Made by a program: the position numbers and the translations under genes. 64,000 bases of DNA from Azolla caroliniana (lineage: Eukaryota > Plantae > Polypodiophyta), in NCBI GenBank assembly GCA_043228905.1, contig JBHGNT010000017.1, forward strand, positions 2,232,001 to 2,296,000, read 5' to 3'. Each line of letters begins with the position of its first letter. Within the stretch, counting starts at the first letter, position 1. Positions 14,071 to 28,668 of this stretch are shown here, piece by piece. The notes under the pieces are model-generated. The model was not told where the DNA came from and made no database searches. It was given only the letters and a program-made list of their open reading frames with translations.

Positions 14071-16551
14071 CGCTCAACGATTAAACTGTCTTTGGCAAAT
14101 GAAGTTTTGCAGGAGGTAATCTCTGAGAAGACAACGAAGGCATTATGGGAAAAATTGGAGTCTCTCTATCTGAAAAAGACTCTGACGAACAAGCTTGATA
14201 AGAAACAGTGCTTGTTTTCACTACAGATGAGTGAAGGTACATCTCTCAGTTCTCATATTGATGAGTTTGAATCTATTATCATGGATTTGCAAAATCTCGA
14301 TGTTATCATTGATGATGAAGATAAGGCATTGTTGTTGTTGTGTTCGTTACCCCATTCATATAGACATTTTAGAGAAAATATGTTGTACGGGAAGAATACT
14401 ATTTCTCTAAAAGATGTCAAATTTTCTTTGGAAACTAAAGAAAAGATTGATCATGATATCACTGGGCAAACAAGTGATAATCAAGTAGATCTAAACAAAA
14501 AGGGAACAATAGAGATAGGCTTAAATCTAGATCTAAATCCAAAAGTAGATCTGTTGTGTGTTGGCACAGTAAGGAACCAGGGCACATTCGCAAGAATTGT
14601 GATAAGTTAGAATACTCCACAAGATAGAAATGAGGATGCAGGTAAGGCTATTGTTGTTGAAGCAGGAGGCGATGTTGATGCGCTCCTTGTGACGGAAAAG
14701 CCAATCAAGCTGAACGATGAGTGGATTATGGATATTGGTTTTTCTTATCATATGTGTCCCAATTGGGACTGGTTTTCATCATACAAGTCTATTGATGGAG
14801 GAGTAGTTTGATGGGGAATAATCCTCCTTGCAAAACTATTGGAATAGGAACAGTACGGATCCGGATGGCTATTGGGATTGTCAGAACATTGACTGATGTG
14901 AGGCATGTTCCTGATCTGAAGAAGAATCTCATCTCATTGGGCACCCTCAACGCCAACGGGTGCAAGTTCTTAGCTGAAGGTGGAGTATTAAAAGTTAGCA
15001 AAGGTGTGTTGGTTGTGATGAAGGCTAGAAAAGGAGGAGGCCTGTACGTATTACATGGCTTGACAGTGACGGGTGGTTCTACAATAGTTTCTTCATCGTC
15101 TATGTCAGACTCTGATGTTACGAAGTTATGGCATATGAGGCTCGAGCATATGAGGGAGAAAGGTTTAACCTTGTTGACTAAACGAGGACTACTTTGTGGC
15201 AAAAGTACGGGAAAGATGGATTTTTGTGAGCACTGTGTATTCGGAAAGCAGAAGAGACTCAGCTTTGGCACTGGAATCCATAAGACCTGAGGTTCTTTGG
15301 ATTATATTCACTCTGATTCGTGGGGACCAGCACAAGTTCCATCAAAAGGAGGAGCTCGATATCTTTTGACTTTTATTGATGATTTTTCAAGAAAAGGCTA
15401 GGTTTATTTTCTTAAACACAAAAGTGATGCGTTTGATACTTTCAAGAAGTGGAAAATTTTGATCGAGAAAGCAGATTAGAAGATTTCGAACTGATAATGG
15501 TTTGGAATTCTGCGGAGGAGATTTTAACAGGTTTTGCGAGGCTGAAGGAATTTCCAAACATCGCATAGTAGTTAAAACACTGCAGTAGAATGGCGTAGCT
15601 GAGCACATGAACAAAACTCTTTTGGAGAGGGCTCATTGTATGCTTTCCATGCTGGGTTGTCCAAAGACTTTTGGGCTGAAGCAGTTTCCACGGCATGTTT
15701 CCTGGTGAATCGTTCACCGTCAACGGCGATTGAGTTCAAAACTCCTGAAGAGGTATGGTCTGGTAAATCTGCTGATTATTCAAATTTGAGAATATTTGGA
15801 TGTCCTGCTTATATGCATGTTAGTGAAGGAAAATTGGAGCCTTGAGCTAGAAAATGTATTTTTCTTGGTTATGCTTATGGGGTGAAAGGATATAGGTTGT
15901 GGTGTCCTGATCCTAAGTCACCTAAATTTGCAATTAGTAGAGATGTTACTTTTGATGAATCTGCTCTACTGAATCCTAGAAAGGAGCCTGTGGTTTCTTC
16001 TAATACATATGAGACAGGACGTATATCGAAGCAAGTGGAGCTTGAAGTTTCATGTCCACCAGTGATGGCTGAAACACCTACTCTTGAACCTGCAGAAGAG
16101 GAGCCTGATGTCATAGAAGAAGCACCTCCTGAGGAAGAACGAAGTATTGCAAGAGATAGACCAAGAAGACAAATTAGACCACCACAGAGATATGCTGATT
16201 TTGTTGCATATGCTTTATCAGTTGGAGAAGAAACAAATTCTATTGGTGAGCCAACTTCTTACTCTAAAGCCGTTTCCTCTGTTGATTCCACCAAGTGGTT
16301 GATTTCTATGCAAGAAGAAATTGAGTCTCTTTATAAAAACAAAAGTTGGGTACTTGTGAAGCCGCCATCTAGACAAAGGATTGTTGGTTGTAAATGGATC
16401 TTCAACATAAAGGAAGGAATTCCTGGAGTGGAGAAAGCAAGGTACAAGGCACGGTTAGTAGCTAAAGGCTACAATCAGGTACCGGGTGTTGATTTTAATG
16501 ATATTTTCTCACCTGTTGTGAAACATAGTTCTATTCGTGTCTTGCTTGCAT
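14071..16551 (+). pseudogene. Copia-2 gag (rest), protease, integrase and start of RT
   Basis: [49 protein letters not shown]. Breaks at ...IRVLLA where the TIR element inserts. Confidence 0.92.
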
Positions 16552-17190
16552 CCCAGGGACTTCACTGTCAAAACTTGTATGATAGCACATGAGTTCATCA
16601 AAAGGGGTTTTAATTAATCAGTGAGATACATAATATATATACATAAGGGTATTAATAAAGATTTGAAAATATTTTTACATAAGGGTATTATCAATTATGT
16701 TGAAATTTTTTTTGCATAAGCCCATGAAATATTAGATATTTCAATGAGATAGTAAAGAATATATTATTCAAACAATACTCAAATTTGAAGTGGCATACAT
16801 ACATACATACATATACATGCATGCATCCATATATACCTACATTCAAACATTACATCCATGAATATGTATATACATACATACATTACACCCATTTATACAT
16901 GCATGCTGACTAAACATAAATATATATTACCATATGTAAATATGTACATACACATACATACATGCATTACATACTACATACATATTAAAATTGGGCATAT
17001 ATATTGACATACATATATAGATAATACATACATAAAAATTACATATTACATTTATACATACACTTCCTTACAAACATATTTTATATATTACCATATGTAA
17101 ATATGTACATACACATACATGCATGCATTACATACTACATACATATTAGAATTGGCCATATATATTGACATACATACATAAAAATTACAT

Positions 17191-20100
17191 TTTTTTTCCA
17201 AAAAAAACCACTACTTCACATTAGTTAGCAAATAGAATACAACAATGTTTATCCAAATCCACAATGGGATCAACATATACAACTTGGAGAAACAACTCCA
17301 AAACTATCAACCAAAAACAACAAAAAAAACTCAACCGATCCTTAACTCAAGCAAAATTGAATTAAACCCTATTTTACCCCGACTCTACAACTCCCTGATG
17401 CATGTTTGTGTCAGCTATACATACATAATTACAACCCATGTACAATATTGGGAGCCATCGCTGGAAACAACCACCTAGGTGCTTGGTAATTCCACTTAGG
17501 CCTCGATGAAGATTTGACTAGCATGGGAGAGCTACTCCATTTCAGCAAGAACTTTGACCTTGCCCTTTCTGCTTCTTCTGAATCCCCTTGAATCGAATCA
17601 TACCGACCGCGCAACCAAGCCACAAGATCAAACCAGATATTTAACATCATCTCCCCGCATGAGATCTTTTGCTACTGAAAAACAACCTTACAACGCCTGA
17701 TCCAGATGTGTTAGGCCGTCAAACATGCCACCATAAGCCAAATCTCCTCAAAAATTTCAGAATTTGTGCCTGCTCTCACCCCATCACATTGGAACACGCT
17801 ACCGCCCTGCATTATAAATCCATGTCCTTGTGGGTTTAACTGTTCACCCAAGCTTTCCCCTTTTAAGGACAACCCTTGTATTGAGCCCCACACAACGTTC
17901 CCTTTCACACCACAGGCTGCCACGATTCGAAGGCTTCTACTCCAAATGCTAATCGCCTTTGTACAATTCCAAAAACAGTGAGAGATTGATTCCAAAGCCT
18001 GTCCACATAACTTACAGCTAGCCTCACCACCACGGGAGCTCAACCACTCGCCTACAGGTACCGCCTTGTGGCTAAGAAGCCACCACCAAGCCTTTATTTT
18101 TTTTGGCATATCCAATGCCCATAGTCTCCTCCAAAACGACTTCAAATCGTCGTCTGAAATGCCTTTATCCTTCCAGCTATTGCGAATCATTCCAGCATCC
18201 ACGGTTTTGGAGCCAACGATTCGTTTGCCTAGCTTGGTATTGTATAAGTTTTTTGTTCCTGGTGTCTGCCACCAAACCTCCAATGGGTCCCACTCCAAAT
18301 CATATAAGGGCTTATTATCGTAAAGCCATATTTTAATATCATGATCCAGTGTCTTAGGGTTTGGGTTCAATTGCCACCACTTACACTCCAACACTGCCAC
18401 CCGCACTACCATCCACCAACCATCATCTGTCAAAGAACTTCGGTTACCCCACAAACGATCCTCGCTAGTTGAGCACCTACCACGGATAAGTTGTGCGTCA
18501 CCCTCACCTACAAACCAGCCCGACCAAACTGTCTCTTCCGTAGGCAACTTATCCAATCCATCAACAACCCCATCTATCAGTTGGGTTACCTTCGCTAGTC
18601 TTCCAGTAATCCTACAATTAACAGTCGGACCCGTCCGCCTCTTCATATTGAAAACCTCCCAATCGTTTACCGACCGAATATTGTACCCTAGCATCTTCCC
18701 CCAAGGCAAGTACTTTTGTTGTCCAAGCATCTTACCATCTTCACTTCTAATCCTAGGGTTCCAAAACAACGGTTGTCGTAGCTGTTCATCCAGTGTTTTC
18801 GGTTGCATTAAGACTAACCCTTCTCTTAAACTTGACCATGCCTTCATTATGGCGCGAACCACTCTATCCTCCATGCTAGCCAGTTCTTTCAACTTTAGAG
18901 CTGGGCTGAACAACCACCATGTATTTGCCTGCCAAGGACCACCATTCCTAGGACACCAAAGGTAAACTCTATTCCTAAGGAGCACCTTCCACAATTTTGG
19001 TCCGAGTTGCAAACTTCGCACTAAAAGCTTACCAAGTAGAGCCTTACTTTGGTGAACCGGATCCACCAGTCCAAGTCCTCCCTCATTCTTTGTCTTAACT
19101 AAACAACCCCACGCCACTTTAGCTGATGCCTTTTCATTGTCTCTACCCGACCACAAGAAGCCTCTCACCATTGCCTTAATATTTTTTATGCAGGCTTTGT
19201 CTAACATCCAGCATGCCACTGAATGCCACATGGTGGCCAGCAAAATATGCTTCACCACCACAACCTTACCAACAAGGGAGAGCTTTACTGATGCCCACAA
19301 CTGAAGCTTTTTTCTAATTTTGTCTTTGACCTGCTCAAGTTGCTGATTTTTTGGTGTCTCAACTCCCACCAAAAAGCCCAAATACTTAACAGCCATGCCT
19401 TTAGGGACCATTGAAAATCAACGTTGGGACACCATAACGGTCGTGGGTTTGAACTTACCCAGAATCCTCTACTTTTGTTCCAGTTAATTTTCCCCCCTGA
19501 TGCATTGCAAAACCACTCAATCCGTCCTTCTGCCTTTTGTAAATTAGCATCATTCCCTTGCAAGTAAAGTATAGTGTCGTCTGCATACTCAAAGTCCAAC
19601 AACTCCTTACTCGCATGTGGGATAGCTAAACCTCTTATTCCTGCATCCGATCTGTTAAAAAAGAAAGAGAATGCTTCTGTAATAAATAAAAAAAGATAGG
19701 GGGCCAGCGGGCACCCCTGTCTAACAGACCTACGTAATGGAATCGATGGGCCACGATGCCCTGTCACTAACACCCTACTCGAACTTCCTTTGTAAAGGGC
19801 TAGCGCAGCTGATCGCCATTTTAAAGGTAGACCCAACCTTTCCATGACTTTATCTAAAAAAGGCCACTGAACTCTGTCATATGCCTTCTCACAGTCAAGC
19901 ATGAGACAAGCAATGTGTTGATTGGTTTTCTTTGCCAAGGCAATCGCCTCCCAAAATGTCAGCACATTATCAATTATGCATCTGTTTTCCATGAACCTTG
20001 TTTGTCCAACATGGATTAATTCCTGCATGTAGGGTTTTACCCTCTTGGCTAGTATATTAGCAAATATCTTATATATTGTGTTTAGCAACGTGATTGGTCT

Positions 20101-20851
20101 CCATTGCCTTGCATCAGTTGTTACACCTTGTACCTTAGGAATTAGAAATATCATCCCCTCTTGAAATTGCTCAGGTAAGTACCCAACATCCCATGCCTCC
20201 TTTAGCCCATCAACCAAATCTGCCTTGATTACGTCCCAAAATGTTTCGAAAAAATCTCTTGATAACCCATCGGAGCCTGGGCAGGACGTTCTACAAATAC
20301 TTGCCAAAGCATCAGCCACCTCCTCCTCCAAGAAAGGCCTCACCAAATTAGCTTGTGCCGCATCTGAAATTTTATGTTGCATTCCCTCAAGCACATATTC
20401 TATCATAGCAGGTTGTTCAAGGCTATTGTAACTATCCGAAAGCAACTCATGATAGTGTGAGGTGACCGCCTCCAAGATCTCTGAAATATCCTCCGAGATA
20501 GAGCCATCTTCCTTAACAAGCTTCAGATTGTAGCTATAGTTTGTTCTAGGTTGTTTATGCATGAAAAATTGTTTATTCACCTTATCCCCATTTTTGCTCC
20601 ACCATGCAGCCGAACTCCTAAATAACATCGTATTTCTTGATGCAATCAAGCATTGCAATGTTTCTCTGGCAGCCTCGAGGCCTGCCCTAGACCATTGGCA
20701 TCGGGGATCTTTCTGTAGTAGCCTTTGGGCAGCCGCTATTGATCTCCTTAAACACATTTCTTCCTCCTTAGACCTCGTAATTCTACTTTTCTTCACCTGA
20801 TGGAGATAAGTTGACGTTTCGATAATCTTCCCTCGAAGTTTATCAAGTGCG
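17191..20851 (-). mobile_element. 5'-truncated L1/Tx1-like LINE (ORF2: RT and C-terminal zinc-binding region)
   Basis: WRPITLLNTIYKI, LDCEKAYDRV, VRQGCPLAP and YADD motifs; CKLC..ESISHCFWNC. 14-bp TSD CATAAAAATTACAT (17177-17190, 20852-20865) and T-run at 17191-17197. Frameshift near 19400. Confidence 0.95.
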
Positions 20852-20865
20852 CATAAAAATTACAT

Positions 20866-21958
20866 ATTACATTTATACATACACTTCCTTACAAACATAT
20901 TTTATATATTACATATGTACAAATATATACAGATTACCATATGTAAATATGTACATACACATACATACATGCATTACATACTACATACATATTAGAATTG
21001 GCCATATATATTGACATACATATATAGATAATACATACATACATAAAAATTACATATTACATTTATACATACACTTCCTTACAAACATATTTTATATATT
21101 ACATATTACACACATTTATTATTATACACACAATTATATACAAATGCAAATATACAAACCAAACACACACAAACATAACACACATCACACATGCATATAT
21201 ACCTACATCCATGAATATGTATATACATACATTACACTCATTTATACATACATATTAACTAAACATAAATATATGTACAAATATATATTACCATATGTAA
21301 ATATGTACATAATACCTACAATAAAATTACATATTACATACATATATATATATACAAATGCATATATACATACAAAACACACAAAAATAAATTACATATT
21401 ATATATATGTATACACATACACATACACATACATATTAACACCTAAAGGCTAAGATTACATACTATATATATATACAAATCTTCATGCTTACAAACAAGT
21501 TACATATATTACATATATATACACGTGCACACACATAAATAAATTAGATATTACATAGCATATATTACACAATATTCAAATTTACACATACATAAATTAC
21601 ATATATACATATATAGATACATACATAGATATACATATTACATATGTACATACATATTCCACATATCACCATATATATATTTATAGATTATACTGGACCA
21701 TACAAACCACAATACTTATATATATACATACTACACACACACACACATTAGATATATGTATACTTACACACACATTAGATATGTATATGTATACTTACAC
21801 ATAAATAAATTAGATATTACATAGGACATAATCCATACCTATTACACAATATACAAATTTACACATGCATAAATTACATATATACATACATAGATATATT
21901 ACATATTCTACATATCACCATATGTATGGATCATACTAGACCATACAAACCACAATAC

Positions 21959-21995
<37 letters not shown>

Positions 21996-23843
21996 ATATA
22001 TGTATACTTACACATACATTGGATATATAGATGCATATTACGTACATACATATTCTACATATCACCATATGTATGGATCATACTAGACCATACAAACCAC
22101 AATACTTACATACACACACACACACACATTAGATATATGTATACTTACACATACATTGGATATATAGATGCATATTACGTACATATTACAAACATACATC
22201 CATATACGAGCCATATACATATGTACTAAACATGAAAATATCCCAAAAATATACATACATAAATACATTACATATATACACGTACATACATTCATACATT
22301 TACATATATATGACCACATACATACACACACATACATACATTAGATATATATGCACATATTACAAACATATTCATACTCATTAAATCATCTATATTGACA
22401 TATACATATATGCATACACATACATACATTACATATGTACATACATATTCCACATATCACCATATATATATATGTACATATGCCTACAATGTTAAAAGTT
22501 TTACAAACATACATCCATACACATATATACATACATTACATACATGCATACACATAAATATGTTACATACACATACATACATACATTTCATCACAGACTA
22601 CAATACATACATGTATACTTACACATACATAAATATTATGAACACACTCATGTATGCATAGTACACTATTACACATACAAACATACATGCATTGCATATT
22701 ACATATATATACATATATACATGCATACATGTACATTCATGCGTGTACATACATACATTGCATATGCATATATTACAATCACATTCATATACATTGAATC
22801 ATGTACATTGTCATATATATGCATACACATATGTACATTCATACATGGACATACCTATATTCATTTATATATTGCTATTGTCTACATATACATAAATATT
22901 ACAATCACACATCCATACACATTGAATCATGTACATTGTCATATGGATATATGCATACACATACATACATACGTGTATGTGTACATACATACATTAGATA
23001 TGGATATATTACAATCACATTCATATACATTGAATCATGTACATTGTCATATATATGCATACACATATGTACATTCATACATGGACATACCTATATTCAT
23101 TTATATATTGCTATTGTCTACATATACATAAATATTACAATCACACATCCATACACATTGAATCATGTACATTGTCATATGGATATATGCATACACATAC
23201 ATACATACGTGTATGTGTACATACATACATTAGATATGGATATATGCATACACATATGTACATTCGTATATGGACATATATATCTTCATTTATACATTGC
23301 TACACATATATACATCAGATATCTACATAGATATTATTCATATATTACAATCACACATCAATACACATTGAATCATGTACATTTGCATATGCATATATGC
23401 ATACACATACATACAACCATACATGACATATGCATATATGCATACGCATATATACATTCGTACATGGACATACATATAGTCTTTTATACATTGCTACATG
23501 TACATACACATATATGTACATACATACATATATTAGATATATACACACATACACACATATATATATACACCTACATATAGTCTTCTATACATACACACAC
23601 ATTACATATGGATATATGCATACACATATGTACATTCGTACATGGACATACATATATTCATTTATACATTGCTACATATACATACACATATATATACATC
23701 GATATTATGCACATATTACAATCACACATCCATACACATTGAATCATGTACATTTGCATATGCATATATGCATACACATACATACAGTCTTTTATACATT
23801 GCTACATGTACATACACATACATACATATTACAAACAAATATC

Positions 23844-23900
<57 letters not shown>

Positions 23901-24065
23901 GCCATACATACAATAAACGAAATTAATACATTATAATACAATATGTACATATATACACACATACCTATATACACATACATACATATTTACACATATAACA
24001 CATACATACAATACAATATGTACACACATACATACATACACATGGAATACAAACAATTCATACAT

Positions 24066-24107
<42 letters not shown>

Positions 24108-24805
24108 GTAGAATATACATACACACATGTACACACATATATGTTGTATGGAACATACATACACATTTACACATATAACACATACATACAATACAATATG
24201 TGCACACATACATACATAAACATACACACACACACGTGTAGAATATACATACACATATGGACACATATATATGTTGTATGGAACATACATACACACACAC
24301 AAACATAACACAGAACACACACATGAAATACATACAATACAAAACATAACACACAACACACACATGAAACACATATATGTTGTATGGAACATACATACAC
24401 ACATACCTATATACACATATATACACTTACATACATACACATTTACACATATAACCCATACATACAATACAATATGTGCACACATACATACATAAACACA
24501 CACACACGCACGCACGCATGCACGCGCGCACACACACACACATGTAGAATATACATACACATATGGACACATATATATTTTGTATGGAACATGCATACAC
24601 ACACACAACACACACATGAAATACATACAATACAAAACATAACACACAATACACACATGAAACACATATTGTATGGAACATACATACACACATGTACACA
24701 CATATATGTTGTATGGAACATACATACACACATACCTATATACACATATATACACTTACATACATACACATATATACAATACAATATGTGCACACATACA
24801 TACAT

Positions 24806-24842
<37 letters not shown>

Positions 24843-25670
24843 TAGAATATACATACACATATGGACACATATATATGTTGTATGGAACATACATACACAC
24901 ACACAAACATAACACACAACACACACATGAAATACATAAAATAAATGCAATTAAATAAAATGCAATACAATATGTACATAAAACACACATACCTATACAC
25001 ACATGCATACAATCCATACTATATACACATATAATGCACACATACATACATACACACGCATACATACATACAATATGTACATAATACACACATACCTATA
25101 CACACATGCATACAATCCAAACAATACCTATATACACATAATGCATATATACATACACACATAACACAATATGTACATACATACACACACACACAAAATG
25201 CAATAAAATAAAATAAAATACAATATGTACATACATACACACATACCTATATACACAGATAACACATACATACATACACATATACACACATAACACAATA
25301 TGTACACACACACACATACACACACACACACACCCACACAAACATAACACACATATACACATGCATACATACACACACACAAACATAACACACAACACAC
25401 AACACACATGCATACCACATACAAACATATATGATGTATGGAACATACATACACACACAAAAACATAACACACAACACACATGCATACCACATACAAACA
25501 TATATGATGTATGGAACATACATATACACACACAAACATAACACACAACATAGATGCATACCACATATGAACATATATGATGCATGGATCATACATACAC
25601 GCACATCACACATGCATACCACATTCACAATGCACACATAAACACATATATATGATGTATGGTTATATGA
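20866..25670. repeat. About 4.8 kb of CA/TA/CATA simple repeat with higher-order duplications
   Basis: (CA)n, (CATA)n and (TA)n mosaics. A 236-bp direct repeat near 22765-23240. Recurring GGAACATACATACAC units at 24.0-25.5 kb. Similar tract at 16790-17190. Confidence 0.95.
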
Positions 25671-26040
25671 AAAGTGATAGGTGGGCCATTCTATGTGTAG
25701 ATAATGGATGAAGAATCTATCATTGAAGTGTTTGAACACGAGAGGGATGATGAAGATAAACCTTTGGGCATTGTAAGTGTGAGAGGAACTCTTACATATG
25801 CAAAGATTCGGGTGGAAATAATTGAGGACGGTATATTTTACGAACCATTTTCCTTTGTGTACACAAAAAATATATTTTGAATAGGAAACAAGAAGAGAAA
25901 TGGCGTTTAAAAGAAAATAAAGTCTATATCAAACCTAGTATTGATAAACAACAAAGAGTCTCTTCAAAAGAATCATGCACTAATGTTGATGGTTCATTGT
26001 TGAGTCAAGCCGAGGACAAATTTAAAGGGAATGTGATATT

Positions 26041-27384
26041 ATGAGAGAAGATAGACAAAATTGGGATGGAGCTCAAAGAATTCCAAGTAGAAATGTTACA
26101 AATTGTTTAAAGATGTTATACCAAGGTGGAGAAGGTGTCAAAGTAAGAGAAAGAGGCGCTTTGGGAACACATGTATACTTGCATATATTAGGTGACTATA
26201 TTGATATTTTTCTATCCCCTCATGAGAGCTTATTCAAGCGTGTGGTACTTGCATCTAAAGTTGCATTCTTCTTTCAAATATGGAGATTATGGATTCTAGA
26301 TAATCCAATTTATAACTTAAAACGTAATTTCATTAGTCGAGAAACATTTTTGGATGTACAAATATCTTGTCACTTTGTAGTTTTACTTATAAAAATGTTT
26401 CGTGACTTTTATCCACAACTAGAATGTCCATTGCATCTCACAGGGTTTGATGGAGTTGAGATATTTTTTAGTAAAATAGGGGGAATGATTGGTATGGAGT
26501 GTGTGTTTGATATATCAGATGTTTTGCATTGTAGCGGAAATGTAAACAAGCTTGCCAAATTTGAGTGCATTGATAATGGATTGGTTTTTCCAAGAGCTCA
26601 TAAGAAGCAAGAATCAATATGGTCTAAACTCAATTTCATGCATGACAAGCCTCTTGCAAATTTAAAAGACTACATTGATATCTCAAATGATGATCAACTT
26701 GTTTTTGCACTTAAAGAAGGTTTAAAAGAAGCCCAAATTTTATGTGAGTCGTTAAATATGAAGCCTAAACACAATGGGCAATGGTGGAATTATCCCAGGA
26801 TTGAGACAAAACAATCGTTGAGTTATATATATGGAGAGAAAGATGATGAAGAATGTGTTGAACACAATAAAAACTTCACAATGCATGAATGTGTGGAGAA
26901 TGATGATGAGATTGCAATAAGTGAAATTCCCCATGAATTGGATGCTATATTGGATGACAACAATGTGAACTCTAAAGTCTCTTCATTTGTTCAAGTGGAT
27001 GATAAGATTATATTTAAATCGACACTTGTGAGTCATCTAAATGGTAATCCAACATTGTCAAAGGATAGACTCACACGTGTAAGAGAAGGGGTCTTCTACT
27101 CATGTGAGAATGCAAATGATTTCCTAAATGGAAATGGGAACCTAATTGGGATTGGTTCAGATTGTGTTGTATTCTTTATTGAAGAAGATGTTAATTCAAC
27201 AAGACCGAAAAGAAAAGGAATATCAAATAAAAATGTTGTTTGGTACTTAGGACGAGTACAAAGGATGCGAAGAAAGATTGGAAATAAATTTGTGGAGTAT
27301 AAGAGAGGAATTGACTTGATGGATAGACTTGAAGATGTTCAATTACAACTTGGTTGGTATAGGAAGATTAAGGGGAGTAGATAA
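26041..27384 (+). pseudogene. C-terminal half of a P-element-superfamily-like transposase
   Basis: 447-aa ORF inside the TIR element: DRQNWDGAQRI, GTHVYL..DYIDIFLS, FFFQIWRLWI, NFISRETF, LTGFDGVEIFFSKIGG (compare P/THAP9 SQD.LE.FFS.IR..GG). Short upstream coding piece from about 25703; the N-terminal catalytic part appears deleted. Confidence 0.6.
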
Positions 27385-28668
27385 TTTGCATATGATTTGA
27401 CAGATATTAAAATGGTTGACTTTGAGTCAATTATTGGATTAGCGAACCTCACATATAATGCAAAATGTGATAACTATCTGTTAGATGAAAGCGATTGTAA
27501 AGTTTTCAACAATTTTCTTTTGGAAATGAAATCCAGGTATTTATATATATAAACTATTTTGAATTATATACTTGCATACATGTACATATATAATATATAT
27601 TAAAGTAACTTTATATTTATGCTTTTTATTTTAACAGGAAAAGGAGAAAAGAGTAGAAACCAAATATAAACCTACGGTATTCCAAATATATTTTCTGATT
27701 TCTTTACTTCCATGTATATTAAGATAATATTTACTTCCATGTATATTAAGATTTCTTGCTTTTGTTGTTACATTTTATGATACAGGTCCAATGTTGAAGA
27801 TGGAAACGACATGAAATTTACAACCTAAAATGAACTTCGTAGGGTTTTCTTTTTATATACTCAGTCTTTATAAGGGTAACCTTTATTGCAATAAGTTTTT
27901 TAAGTAGATATTGCAATAACAAAATGATTTATTTTATTTCATTTTGATTTGTGTAAGAGTATGTGAATAGATGATGTCTTACATTTCAAATGGAAATATG
28001 AAGTAGGTTGCCATTTGTTTGATTAACGTGTTTGAGAAAAAATAATATTATGGCTTTGTATTAGTCGATATCCATGAAACCAAACATAATGTTAATTTGT
28101 TAGTAATTTCATTATTGATATGCATTTTGGATTGTTCCATATGTGCTCTTTGAGATGTATGTGTTAAGTTCAAGATTGTTTTATTGTAAATTACATTGTT
28201 TTTTATCACTCAATGTTCTTCATACGTCTCAATAAACTAAAAACAAAAACTTATATGTGGCTTGTATATGTTATACCTGTAGTGTTTTTGGGTAATGTTT
28301 CCTAATTGTGTGTACATTACTTTGTACTTTACACATTGTGTTTTCAATCAATGTGGCACTTGATGAAGCATTTCTAGGAATTTGCATATGATGTTTAATG
28401 TCGATTCATAATTTTGCAAGTCATCAATTGTAAAAATGGTCATTGATCCCTTCTAGGATTGCAACCTATGTGTGCATGTATATTTTATATGTAAGGGTAT
28501 TTAAACTAGGTGGTTATCAAAAAATATATTGGTAATAAGGGGTATTTTTATTAATCTTTTTTCTACACAAGGGTTACTAAAATAGTAAAAACCATACGTA
28601 TAAGGGGTTATAAATGATGTCATGAACGCACGTGATACAACCTTCTTATGTATAGTGGAGTCCTCGGG

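Larger units (their letters stand above)
16552..28668 (+). mobile_element. 12.1-kb TIR DNA transposon with 8-bp TSD, P-element-like, probably non-autonomous
   Basis: TSD GCTTGCAT at 16544-16551 and 28669-28676. Imperfect TIRs CCCAGGGACTTCACT / CCCGAGGACTCCACT (reverse complement). Subterminal TAAGGG(G)TAT motifs at both ends. Removing it restores Copia RT VLLA-LVAMHDLELEQLDVK. Confidence 0.9.

Noticed and set aside
21144-25739. Many His/Thr/Tyr/Ile- or Cys/Val/Met-rich ORFs
   Set aside because: Translations of CA/TA simple repeats open in several frames; not genes.
16552-28668. hAT assignment for the 8-bp-TSD element
   Set aside because: Termini are CCC rather than (C/T)A and the ORF lacks hAT motifs such as TRW or the C-terminal dimerisation domain.
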